IMG/VR virus record: IMGVR_UViG_2823949316_000001
Coordinates: 5,531-69,530 of that record
Strand: one strand, 5' to 3'
Length of the DNA stretch: 64,000 nucleotides
Source: a virus
Lineage: Duplodnaviria > Heunggongvirae > Uroviricota > Caudoviricetes
The position numbers were made by a program, and so were the translations under genes. Of the stretch, positions 15,827 through 23,576 are shown in pieces. The notes under the pieces are model-generated. The model did not search any database, had not been told where the DNA came from, and worked only from the letters and a program-made list of their open reading frames with translations. The number at the start of each line of letters is the position of its first letter. Position 1 is the stretch's first letter.

Positions 15827-16087
15827 TTACGCGATGTCGTAGCGGGCGTGCCTCTGCTTGATGTCGCTGAGGCGGATGTTCAACGAGGCCATCATCGCTT
15901 TCTGGAAGCCTTCCCAGGTGGCCTGGGTCTCCGGATCGAAGTAGCGATCGAACTGACCGTTCACAGTGATGGTGCCGAGCGGGAGGACGGGTGTCAGGGT
16001 CGACGTCCAAGCCTCGAAATGCTTCTGGGTCATGCGGCCGGCCGCATTGGTGATCTCGACCGGCAGGTGGCTGGCGATGATGGTCAT
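15827..16087 (-). CDS. Hypothetical protein (86 aa)
   Basis: ORF-track protein MTIIASHLPVEITNAAGRMTQKHFEAW..., downstream of the 95-aa gene in the same leftward unit. Confidence 0.5.
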   Translation of the reverse strand: MTIIASHLPVEITNAAGRMTQKHFEAWTSTLTPVLPLGTITVNGQFDRYFDPETQATWEGFQKAMMASLNIRLSDIKQRHARYDIA

Positions 16088-16135
16088 GTCAGTTCCTTGT
16101 GGTGGTTGGCCCGGCTGCCCGGGCGTGATGGTCGG

Positions 16136-16423
16136 TTATGGCTTGTAGTGGGTGGCCAGCTCGAAGCTGCGCGCCAGGTCTTTCTTCAGCGCCTCGATCG
16201 TTTCATGGCTCAGGCCGTCGCGGATCACCACCGGCTTGATGATCTCGCGGCCGCCCAGCACGGTGAGCTGCAGCAGGACACCGGAGGCCATCAGGTGGTC
16301 GGTGGATGCCTTGGCGATGTCCTTCGAAGCGAACGCATAGACGTAGGCCAGCTGACCATTCAGCTCCATGACCTTGCGCTCGAGGTCGCGGTAGGTCGGT
16401 TTTTTGGTGGTGTTGCGAGCCAT
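16136..16423 (-). CDS. Hypothetical protein (95 aa, MARNTTKKPTYRDLERKVMELNGQ...)
   Basis: ORF-track protein. GAGGGGGG RBS. First gene downstream of the operator/promoter at 16492. Confidence 0.55.
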   Translation of the reverse strand: MARNTTKKPTYRDLERKVMELNGQLAYVYAFASKDIAKASTDHLMASGVLLQLTVLGGREIIKPVVIRDGLSHETIEALKKDLARSFELATHYKP

Positions 16424-16491
16424 GGTGATTGCCCCCCTCGGTCGGTTGCTGTCCGGAGTGTGTCTCCGTGTTGGGTTGCATTGTGCCTGCG

Positions 16492-16513
16492 TTGCTCAAA
16501 TTTGATCAAGCAA
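16492..16513. promoter_or_regulatory. Palindromic operator TTGCTCAAATTTGATCAAGCAA overlapping a leftward promoter (-35 TTGATC, 18-nt spacer, -10 CACAAT)
   Basis: Same family as the sites at 12670 and 15686. Lies in the 117-bp gap between the Rha-like gene and the 95-aa gene. Confidence 0.6.
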
Positions 16514-16540
16514 TTGCGATGACCGTTCGTCGGGTTTCCC

Positions 16541-17224
16541 TTAAAACAAACGCTCTTCCGCGCTACCTACCAATGCCTCAAGCAGCAGGTCGGCTTGCAC
16601 AGACACGACCTTCGACGAGTGCCCGCCAAAGCTCTTGGTGCCGTGGCGCTCGGCGCCATCAATGGCGCAGAACATCTGGCCCAGGCTGGCGGTCTCGACG
16701 CCGGCGCGCTGTGCCAGGCCGACCATCGCTGGCGTGGACATGCCGAGCCAGATCCGATCGCCGACCTTGCGCAGTCCGAACTCCTTGACGATTTCGCGTC
16801 GTTCGCCGGTGCCGTCTGCCAGCTTCTCTATGGCGGCCACGAACCCCATCTGACTGCCGACCGAGGCACGCAGCTCTGTGTGATCGACGTATGTCCTGAC
16901 CAGCGGGACAGCCGGCTGTATGCGGTTGAACACTGCGCCGATGCTGTCGCACTGGGCTTTCTTCAGGTTCAAGTGAACGGCCAGCGCCATCAAGTCGCCG
17001 ACCCGCAGCCGCGTATCCTTCTCATAAGCGAGCGAACCATCACGCTGCGGCAGCACGTCTTTGTCGAGTGTTCCGGCCGTCACCATGTCGCAGAGGTGGC
17101 GGATAAAGGCGCGGTGATCCATGCCGAGTTTATCGGCGACGATTTTGCTGTTGATGCTTGCTGCCATGGCGAGCCCCATAAAGTGGTTGTGGTTGTTGCG
17201 GTTGGAATTGTCCCATGCCCACAA
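16541..17224 (-). CDS. Phage regulatory protein, Rha-family-like N-terminus (antirepressor-like), about 227 aa
   Basis: N-terminal ...SINSKIVADKLGMDHRAFIRHLCDM... matches the Rha pattern S.LIAE.FGK.H.NVLR.I recalled from phage Rha proteins. The start codon is ambiguous (17224, 17179 or 17167). Confidence 0.5.
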   Translation of the reverse strand: MWAWDNSNRNNHNHFMGLAMAASINSKIVADKLGMDHRAFIRHLCDMVTAGTLDKDVLPQRDGSLAYEKDTRLRVGDLMALAVHLNLKKAQCDSIGAVFNRIQPAVPLVRTYVDHTELRASVGSQMGFVAAIEKLADGTGERREIVKEFGLRKVGDRIWLGMSTPAMVGLAQRAGVETASLGQMFCAIDGAERHGTKSFGGHSSKVVSVQADLLLEALVGSAEERLF

Positions 17225-17269
17225 CCTTGTCGCAACCGTTGCAACCTAGTTGACGGGCAGGGCGCGCAG

Positions 17270-17740
17270 CCAGAAAGCAGGGGCGACCGACCGCAAAAAC
17301 TGCGGAAACTGCTTTTTCGCCTGTATTTGCTGGCTGTTTGATCGAGGGGCGACCGACAAATGCAGTCTGGTCGCTCTTTTGGTCGCGCCCAGTGCCGCGA
17401 CTAATGCCCAAAAGGCGACCGGGCCGCGTCTCCCGTTTCTGCCAATGAATACAGGGCATTTGGCGGGGAGCGTCCAAAGCGACCGCTCCAGCCGGAAAAA
17501 GGTATAAGTAGGAATATACGGTTGTGCTGGTTGTGAATTGATAACACAACTATCACAACCAAGTTTAAGTCCTATAGGGGGCTTATATATATGGTTTCTT
17601 GGTTTCTCTTATTATTATTATTTAAATAAGTTATTGTTTTTATTATTATTATAGGGCCTTTTATGGGGCAACCAGAGGGGCAACCAAGGAGCAACCAGCA
17701 GCAGCGACCGGTCGCCCTAGTGACCGTCCGTCAACTTCTC
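17270..17740. repeat. Iteron-rich, AT-rich island (candidate replication origin / regulatory hub)
   Basis: At least 7 copies of GCGACC(G/A) in both orientations (17283, 17345, 17367-17390, 17412, 17479, 17708). About 100 bp of very AT-rich DNA (17560-17660) carries two (TTA)3-4 runs in a 63% GC genome. Three direct GGGCAACCA-like repeats at 17665-17700. TTGTG...CACAA dyad at 17531-17560. Confidence 0.5.
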
Positions 17741-17820
17741 GCAAATTACTCGGAATTATTTACCACCAGGCCAAGTCACCTGTAGAATTGCCCGCAGCAC
17801 TTACCGCTGGGGCAGCAGCA

Positions 17821-18345
17821 ATGGTCGAATACTTCACGCTGGAAGAACTACCGGACAGACCCATGTTCCGGTGCGAACGCAGGAACGCCACGCTACAGGT
17901 CTCGGCATGCGCCGGGATGTGGAGCGAAGCCAACGGCAAAGCCGCACCCGAACGTCTCGACCGTTGCAAGAATTGCCCACTGGGCGCAAAGCATGCCGGG
18001 GTCGGTGAAATCTCACTGTCACCGCTCAGGGGCATGAGCATCTGCGCTCGCTGTCACCAGGGCACCACCCGGCTCATTCGCAAGCACCTGTGCGTCAGCT
18101 GCTACAACCGCGAACGCGAGTTCAACCTGGGCCGCAATGCCAAGGGCTCAGCACCCGTCAAGCATCCTCCGCTGCACAACATCGAGATCCGCTACCAGGC
18201 CGGGGAAGTTCTCCAGCGCCTGGCGATGCCTGTTGTGTCGAGCGAGGAACTGGTGGTCGCAGCGCTCAGGGATACGAGCAAACAAGTTACATTCGCATTC
18301 AGCGGTAAGCGGCCAGAGATGCCGCAGGGAGAGTTGTTTGTATGA
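17821..18345 (+). CDS. Hypothetical Cys-rich protein (174 aa)
   Basis: In-frame ATG (MVEYFTLEELPDRP...) in ORF 17788..18345. First gene of the long rightward gene string. Several CxxC-type pairs. Confidence 0.5.
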   Translation: MVEYFTLEELPDRPMFRCERRNATLQVSACAGMWSEANGKAAPERLDRCKNCPLGAKHAGVGEISLSPLRGMSICARCHQGTTRLIRKHLCVSCYNREREFNLGRNAKGSAPVKHPPLHNIEIRYQAGEVLQRLAMPVVSSEELVVAALRDTSKQVTFAFSGKRPEMPQGELFV

Positions 18346-18728
18346 GCGCGCAGAATTCACAGGGTCGGCCGGCTGATAGCGTTATCATCGGGCAAAATCA
18401 CGTGCGCGCGATAGAGAGGGAAAACACCTCCGGTTGGCGCCTCGAGCAGCACTGCTGCCGGAACTGCTTCGGGCGCATCGCCTCGATCAAGCATCCTGAC
18501 GGCGGTCGCACGTACCAGTGCACCAACTGCGGCCTGGAAGGCCACGGCCACAAGCCTGACGTGGTGTGCTCGTGCGGCACCAAGCTGCGCAAGTACAAGG
18601 GCGACGGCCGCACCGGCGTGGTCATGGTCGACGCGGGCATCCGCTGCCACCCGAACAAGCGGGTCTCGCCTGAGTTCCCGTCGCTGATCGTGGCCAGCTA
18701 TGGCGGCGCCCAAGCGGAGGGTGTGTGA
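18342..18728 (+). CDS. Zinc-ribbon protein (128 aa; CCRNC...CTNCG...CSCG)
   Basis: ORF-track protein. ATGA-coupled to the upstream gene. Confidence 0.5.
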   Translation: MSAQNSQGRPADSVIIGQNHVRAIERENTSGWRLEQHCCRNCFGRIASIKHPDGGRTYQCTNCGLEGHGHKPDVVCSCGTKLRKYKGDGRTGVVMVDAGIRCHPNKRVSPEFPSLIVASYGGAQAEGV

Positions 18729-18934
18729 TGCGGACTGCTCGCTCTTTGCTGTTCGGTGCACGTGTCGCGCTGGCCGCCTGGTGCTTTCCGTTCCTGATCG
18801 GGCCAAGAACGCCTGAGAGAAGCGCCGCGATGGCCAAGTGCGGGCGCTGGGCAGCGCGATAACCAGATGACCAATCAGGGTTTCAAGACGCCAGAACCCT
18901 TGCGCCACAAGGCTTTCAGCCTAACGCCAAGGTT

Positions 18935-18954
18935 TTCGGGCGCACATAGGGCTC
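18935..18954 (+). repeat. TTCGGGCGC-N5-GGGCGC family motif, copy 1 (TTCGGGCGCACATAGGGCTC)
   Basis: Intergenic. Followed by an extended -10 TGgTACAAT at 19005-19014 and the gene at 19049. Confidence 0.55.
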
Positions 18955-19048
18955 AGATCGCCAAAAGTGATCAAGTGTAAAGCCCGGGCATTGATCAGAA
19001 ATGATTGGTACAATTCAGGCTCAACCCCAACACATCGCAGAGGCTCAC

Positions 19049-19282
19049 ATGAGCGAATTCCAACCGGTCACCACCGTGCGCGACCTGGCGACCATCGACG
19101 AGAACGAGTGCATGGCCGGCTACCTGGCTGGCCTGCGTGGCGCGCCTGAGCCTGGCAACACCGCGACGCGCTCCGCGTGGCATGGCTGGCGCAACGGCAT
19201 GGTCGACGGCGGTCACCGCGAGAAGGACTGGCACCAGTCCGTGCTGGCTGCTGACGTCTGCCTGCGGATGCCGCTGCAGTGA
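19049..19282 (+). CDS. Rmf/CrpP-like small protein (78 aa; ...CMAGYLAGLRG...SAWHGWRNGM...)
   Basis: In-frame ATG with AGAGG RBS downstream of the promoter-like TGgTACAAT. The pattern GY.AG..G......W.GWR resembles ribosome modulation factor / CrpP-like domains. Confidence 0.45.
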   Translation: MSEFQPVTTVRDLATIDENECMAGYLAGLRGAPEPGNTATRSAWHGWRNGMVDGGHREKDWHQSVLAADVCLRMPLQ

Positions 19283-19461
19283 GGTCTTTCTGGTGGCTGA
19301 TGGCCGGGCTTGGGTGCTGCGGCCTCGCGCTGGTGGCGATGATCGCCGGCGTCGCGGTCGACGCTACTCCGCGCTGGCTGGCCGGATGCACGATGGGGGC
19401 TGTCGCCGCGTCCATGGTCTGCGCGCTGCTGGCCTTGTCGGCCGATAGGGTGTCGGCATGA
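19279..19461 (+). CDS. Small membrane protein (60 aa)
   Basis: GTGA overlap with the upstream stop. Two hydrophobic segments. Confidence 0.4.
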   Translation: MRSFWWLMAGLGCCGLALVAMIAGVAVDATPRWLAGCTMGAVAASMVCALLALSADRVSA

Positions 19462-19832
19462 ACGTCTGCACCTGGAAGGCGCCCATGGTCACCCTGTACA
19501 CCGGCGAGCAGGTGCCCAGCGACAGCGAGGCCTGGCGCGCTGAGTGTGAGGCGCGCCACATCCTGACCATGACCCAGGCCCAGCGCATGGAGTTCTTCAC
19601 CATGGTCGAGAAGCGCCGCGGCACCGACGCAGCCAAGGCCCTCAAGATGCGCTGCTACGAGCTCGAGCCGCACTACGTGCTCAACCTGCCGAACAAGCAG
19701 CAGCGGCAGCACTACCTGGACGCCGTCGAGCTGCGCTTCGGCAAGAACCCATGCGACACCCTGAAGGCCAAACTGCTCGCCCTGCACGCCGCGCGACAAC
19801 CAGTTGCAGCGCAGGTTCAACAAAGCGCATAA
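19458..19832 (+). CDS. Hypothetical protein (124 aa)
   Basis: ORF-track protein. ATGA coupling. Confidence 0.5.
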   Translation: MNVCTWKAPMVTLYTGEQVPSDSEAWRAECEARHILTMTQAQRMEFFTMVEKRRGTDAAKALKMRCYELEPHYVLNLPNKQQRQHYLDAVELRFGKNPCDTLKAKLLALHAARQPVAAQVQQSA

Positions 19833-19876
19833 TTGCTCAAATACAACGCACCGGCGGAGCCGGTAAGGGGAAAGGG

Positions 19877-20128
19877 GTGAGCAAACTTCTCAGGCTGCTG
19901 GATATCATCGTCCCGCGCTTCATTTCCGAGGACACGGCAGTTCGCCGCGTCGGAAAATCGTCGATGTACGAGCCAGTGTGCTCGATGAAAGACATCGACC
20001 CAGGTGAGCGTTTCGATGGGATCGCCACCTACGTGATGTTCAACCTGTTCGGCCAGGGCCTGTTCCCTCGCCAGGTGGGCAGCATCCGCCCCTGGGTGAA
20101 CCCGCACGACGCGCAGGTGGCATCGTGA
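19877..20128 (+). CDS. Hypothetical protein (83 aa, MSKLLRLLDIIVPRFISEDTAV...)
   Basis: GTG start after an ACCGGC-GGA-GCCGGT hairpin and the AAGGGGAAAGGGGTG cassette. In-frame 3' part of ORF 19751..20128. Confidence 0.45.
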   Translation: MSKLLRLLDIIVPRFISEDTAVRRVGKSSMYEPVCSMKDIDPGERFDGIATYVMFNLFGQGLFPRQVGSIRPWVNPHDAQVAS

Positions 20129-20541
20129 TCCGCGCCGCGGCATTGGCCGCTGCACTGGTGGTGCTGGGTGGGTGCGACGGTGGCAGCCCCTCATACGGCG
20201 AGCTGAAGCCATACGATCAACCTGTCGGCCTGAAGGCTCGCGACGCTGATCGCTACGACCTTCTGGTTCTGCGCGACCCAGAGCGCGGGGTTACCTGCTG
20301 GCGACCCAGCAACGACAATCGAGCGCTGTCCTGCTTGCCAGACTGGATGCTCCAGGCCCAAGGGCCATCGGAAGCCATTGCCCATCAGCCGACCTGGGGC
20401 GATGGTCGCCCTTGCGCTGGGCACAAGGTGTGCGAGGGGTTCAGCAACCGTCGTGAGGCCCTGGCCTGCGCCGAAGGCCGACTGACCGGCCCAGCGTGCG
20501 ATGCTTGGGCTGAGCGCCAGCGTGAGGATCGTGGCCTATGA
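20125..20541 (+). CDS. Predicted lipoprotein (138 aa; signal peptide + lipobox LGGC)
   Basis: MIRAAALAAALVVLGGCDGG... GTGA-coupled. 6 Cys in the mature part. Confidence 0.5.
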   Translation: MIRAAALAAALVVLGGCDGGSPSYGELKPYDQPVGLKARDADRYDLLVLRDPERGVTCWRPSNDNRALSCLPDWMLQAQGPSEAIAHQPTWGDGRPCAGHKVCEGFSNRREALACAEGRLTGPACDAWAERQREDRGL

Positions 20542-20762
20542 TCCGCGCAACCACTCTCCTGCTCGCCGTGGCGGCCGCCGGCCTCCTGGCCAAAGCGCCC
20601 GCTGCAATCATGCCGACGCGCCGCCCTGAGTGGCAGCCTGGCTACGACATGAACGCGCTGCTTGACGATGCCGGCCGCCGGGCCGAGCGCGCGCTGCGCA
20701 AGGTGGCGCGCCGTTCCAAGCTCCAGCAGCTGCAGGCCCAGGCAGCAGGCGGTGCCGCATGA
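20538..20762 (+). CDS. Small secreted/membrane-anchored protein (74 aa)
   Basis: ATGA-coupled. N-terminal hydrophobic signal-like segment. Confidence 0.4.
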   Translation: MIRATTLLLAVAAAGLLAKAPAAIMPTRRPEWQPGYDMNALLDDAGRRAERALRKVARRSKLQQLQAQAAGGAA

Positions 20763-21043
20763 GGATCGCCTACAGCGCAGTATGCCGCGGCTACGCCAAG
20801 ACCGACCACACCGCCACCGCGGCGAAGAGCAAGGCCACCGGCAAGATCCGCGGCAATGCCCCGCTGATGACCGACGAGCAGATCCTGGAATGCCGGGCGC
20901 TCGACCAGTTCGCTGGCTGGGGCACCGAGCAGCTGCAGCGCCGCTACGGCGTCGACGCGGCCATGATTCAGCGCGTGCTGTCGGGCATCACCCGCTCGCG
21001 CCTGGTGGCCACCCGCAAGCACCTTCCAGCGGTGGCAGCATGA
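20759..21043 (+). CDS. Hypothetical protein (94 aa)
   Basis: ATGA-coupled ORF-track protein. Confidence 0.45.
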   Translation: MRIAYSAVCRGYAKTDHTATAAKSKATGKIRGNAPLMTDEQILECRALDQFAGWGTEQLQRRYGVDAAMIQRVLSGITRSRLVATRKHLPAVAA

Positions 21044-21171
21044 GCGCCGGGCAGTTTGTGGCGCTCTGCGCTGGCGTGTGGGTTCTGGCGGCGCTCGGCC
21101 TGCTCGCGTTCTTCCATGCTGCCACGCGCAATGACCCGGCCAGCATCATCGACGAGGAGGATGCCCTGTGA
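21040..21171 (+). CDS. Small membrane protein (43 aa, MSAGQFVALCAGVWVLAALGLLAFF...)
   Basis: ATGA overlap with the upstream stop. Single TM helix. Below the ORF-track size cutoff. Confidence 0.35.
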   Translation: MSAGQFVALCAGVWVLAALGLLAFFHAATRNDPASIIDEEDAL

Positions 21172-21566
21172 ACATCCAGCAACGCACCGAGGAGCGCTGG
21201 GGCATGCCGTTCTGGGATCTGGTCGGCGACTTCGCTGACCAGGGCCTGACCCGCAAGGACACGGCACGGGCGCTGGGCGTCGACTACTGCAACTTCCAGA
21301 AGAAGCTCGCTGACAACCCAAACAGTGACCCGTTCGATGCCTCGAACGTGGTCGCGCGCTACGTCGCCGAGACCGGCGAGCCGTTCCGTGATGCGGTGAT
21401 CAGGCTGGCCAAGACGCACACGGCCCAGGCCGCTGCGCTCGCGATCGGCTACTCGCACCGCAACCCATTCCTGCACGCCCTGCGCGCTCGCGGCATCGAG
21501 GTGCAGTTCCAGCGCCGCACGGCGCCAGATGCCCTTCACCAACTCTACGGAGATCACTCGAAATGA
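21168..21566 (+). CDS. Hypothetical HTH-containing protein (132 aa)
   Basis: GTGA-coupled. ...LTRKDTARALGVDYCNFQKKL... is HTH-like. Confidence 0.45.
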   Translation: MNIQQRTEERWGMPFWDLVGDFADQGLTRKDTARALGVDYCNFQKKLADNPNSDPFDASNVVARYVAETGEPFRDAVIRLAKTHTAQAAALAIGYSHRNPFLHALRARGIEVQFQRRTAPDALHQLYGDHSK

Positions 21567-21736
21567 ACGAGAACTACACCCACACGGAGCTCGTCGAGCT
21601 CGCAGCCATCCAGAAGCGCGCCGAGAAGCGCCTGCGCAAGTCTGTCCGCAAGCTGATCCGCGCCGACCTGCAGCGCCGGGCGATCACCGGCGAGCCGTCG
21701 CAGTTCAAGCGCGCTGCCTACGGCGCCCAGCTGTGA
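21563..21736 (+). CDS. Hypothetical small basic protein (57 aa)
   Basis: ATGA-coupled. MNENYTHTELVELAAIQKRAEKRLRK... Confidence 0.35.
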   Translation: MNENYTHTELVELAAIQKRAEKRLRKSVRKLIRADLQRRAITGEPSQFKRAAYGAQL

Positions 21737-21963
21737 GCAAGACCGCTCAGCGCCGGCGATCGGCCTACCAGAACGGCTATCGCGTGGGTCGCTACGGCTG
21801 GCCCGAAGGCGTGAAGAGCTACCGCGTGGGCGTGATCGGCGATGCAGCCTACGAGCGTGGCCTGCGCGATGGCCGCAAAGACCGCCGCGCCGCCCAGGAT
21901 CTGGGGCAGTCCATGCCGCGCCGCGTGCTCGCCTGGCTCAGCGGCCTGATGACCAAGCCCTGA
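21733..21963 (+). CDS. Second Rmf/CrpP-like small protein (76 aa; ...SAYQNGYRVGRYGWPEG...)
   Basis: GTGA-coupled. It is the 3' in-frame part of ORF 21529..21963. Confidence 0.4.
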   Translation: MSKTAQRRRSAYQNGYRVGRYGWPEGVKSYRVGVIGDAAYERGLRDGRKDRRAAQDLGQSMPRRVLAWLSGLMTKP

Positions 21964-22030
21964 CTAGCAATCTGGTGCTCTGGGTCGCCGGCCCCAGGGA
22001 ATACGCCACTTCCAGCCGGTATAAACCATC

Positions 22031-22051
22031 ATCGGGCGCCATTAGGGCGCC
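22031..22051 (+). repeat. TTCGGGCGC-N5-GGGCGC family motif, copy 2 (ATCGGGCGCCATTAGGGCGCC), fused to the ACAAGGGGAAAGGAAATG cassette
   Basis: Immediately upstream of the ACP gene. Confidence 0.55.
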
Positions 22052-22066
22052 ACAAGGGGAAAGGAA

Positions 22067-22309
22067 ATGGGCAAGACCGTAGAGCAGCGCGTCATCGAGA
22101 TCGTCGAGCAGCAGCTGGGCCTGGGCGGCAATGAGCCAGTGACCGCCGAGCAGCACATCCTGAACGACCTGGGCGGCGATAGCCTCGACTTCATCGAGAT
22201 TGTCATGGCCATCGAGGAGGAGTTCGAGATCGAGATCAGTGACGACGCCGCCGAAGGTGCGCAGACCGTTCAAGAAGCCATCGATCTGGTCAAGCGCCTG
22301 GTCGACTGA
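22067..22309 (+). CDS. Acyl carrier protein-like (80 aa; DSL phosphopantetheine-attachment motif LGGDSLDFIE)
   Basis: Acidic 4-helix-sized protein with Ser in the DSL motif. Preceded by motif copy 2 and a strong RBS, followed by a GGCGCC-TGCG-GGCGCC hairpin. Confidence 0.7.
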   Translation: MGKTVEQRVIEIVEQQLGLGGNEPVTAEQHILNDLGGDSLDFIEIVMAIEEEFEIEISDDAAEGAQTVQEAIDLVKRLVD

Positions 22310-22355
22310 TCACCACCACGGCGCCTGCGGGCGCCAACCTACCGAGGAAAGGAAA

Positions 22356-22781
22356 TTGAAACCACGTATCTTCGCGTACCTGTTCTTCATCGCCGTCATG
22401 TCCATGCTCATTGGCTCGGTGCGGCTCGACAGCCCAGGCCTGGCAAACATGGCCGCCGTCAGCCTTTGGGCGTTCTCCGCGCTCGGCATCTTCGGGGGTG
22501 TGATGGCCGCCGTAATGGGGCTCGGCGTCACGCACGCCACCGGCGAAGCGCGCGACAAGATCATTGCGCAAGCGCGCGACCTGATCGGAAAGACCACCTA
22601 CGGCCCTGTTCGCAAGACCATCTCCTGGCTGATGACGCTCGCCATCGTGCTGATGTCCGCATACGTCGGCTTGATCGCCACCGCGGTCATGTACTGCCTG
22701 GCGGTAGCTGCGACCCAGTTTGGCAAAGCCATGATCAAGTCAGCCTTGGCCGACTACGACGCCGAGGCATCCGCCGCCTAA
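22356..22781 (+). CDS. Integral membrane protein (141 aa, 4 predicted TM segments), TTG start
   Basis: TTG at 22356 after the hairpin + GAGGAAAGGAAATTG cassette. In-frame part of ORF 22200..22781. Confidence 0.5.
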   Translation: MKPRIFAYLFFIAVMSMLIGSVRLDSPGLANMAAVSLWAFSALGIFGGVMAAVMGLGVTHATGEARDKIIAQARDLIGKTTYGPVRKTISWLMTLAIVLMSAYVGLIATAVMYCLAVAATQFGKAMIKSALADYDAEASAA

Positions 22782-22822
22782 CCACCCCGCGCCACGGACG
22801 GCGCACCTATCGAGAATTGAGC

Positions 22823-23107
22823 ATGAACCTCGAAGACCACCGCAACCCCAACGGCACCTACGACGGCGTTGGCGTGATGGCTGAGCTGACCAGCCTACCG
22901 CGCGACGAGATTCGCGCGATCGCCGAGCAGGTGAAGGCGAACAGCGCGAAGCTGCGCGCCTGTCCTTGGCACGAGTTCGAGCAGCTGATCACCGCCCCGC
23001 CCGGCAATGGCAAGTACCGCTGCCGGCACTGCCAGGGTGAGGTCAGCGCGAGCGCCTACCACTGGCACCAGCAGGGGCGCCGGCCGATGCCGGTGGGCGA
23101 GCCATGA
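22823..23107 (+). CDS. Zinc-ribbon-containing hypothetical protein (94 aa)
   Basis: In-frame ATG in ORF 22466..23107. ...CPWHEF...CRHCQG... Confidence 0.45.
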   Translation: MNLEDHRNPNGTYDGVGVMAELTSLPRDEIRAIAEQVKANSAKLRACPWHEFEQLITAPPGNGKYRCRHCQGEVSASAYHWHQQGRRPMPVGEP

Positions 23108-23265
23108 GCGGCTGGACGATGATCGGCTTCGTGCTGATCGCCCACCACATTGGTCGGCCAGAGCTCGGCCTGGGCGCGTTCCTGATCTGGTGCCTGGTCG
23201 ATACGCCACGCCAGCGCTGCGAGAAGCTGGAGAAGCGGATTGCGGAGCTGGAGGGCAGACCGTGA
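23104..23265 (+). CDS. Small membrane protein (53 aa)
   Basis: ATGA-coupled. MSGWTMIGFVLIAHHIGRPELGLGAFLIWCLV... Confidence 0.35.
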   Translation: MSGWTMIGFVLIAHHIGRPELGLGAFLIWCLVDTPRQRCEKLEKRIAELEGRP

Positions 23266-23510
23266 GCAGGTCAATTACCGGAAGCAAAGGCCCAGGCTAC
23301 GACTTCTGGTCGCGCAGGCCATTCAGCGGTCGAGGGCATGGCGCGGTGGTCAAGCACTTCTGCCACAAGGCGGAGCGGCAGCAGGGTCGCCGCGCACCTG
23401 CCCAAGCGTTGCGCGCGGAGCACAAAGCCGATGCGGCTGACGATGCATTTGAGGTATGGGAGTGCGATCAGATTGATCGGCTTTACGGGCTTCGCGAACT
23501 ACAACCCTGA
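23262..23510 (+). CDS. Hypothetical protein (82 aa)
   Basis: GTGA-coupled. In-frame 3' part of ORF 23007..23510. Confidence 0.4.
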   Translation: MSRSITGSKGPGYDFWSRRPFSGRGHGAVVKHFCHKAERQQGRRAPAQALRAEHKADAADDAFEVWECDQIDRLYGLRELQP

Positions 23511-23576
23511 TACACCATCAGGGCATCAACGCTCGCCACGCCAGACGCTGCAAGGGCTGGCGAGCACACCGCACAC

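Noticed and set aside
16595-17341. 248-aa plus-strand ORF
   Set aside because: Antisense to the Rha-like gene and extends into the iteron region without an RBS.
17556-17700. AT-rich (TTA)n-containing stretch considered as CRISPR leader/array or tRNA
   Set aside because: No repeat-spacer periodicity and no cloverleaf-compatible arms. Better explained as a DNA-unwinding element within an iteron region.
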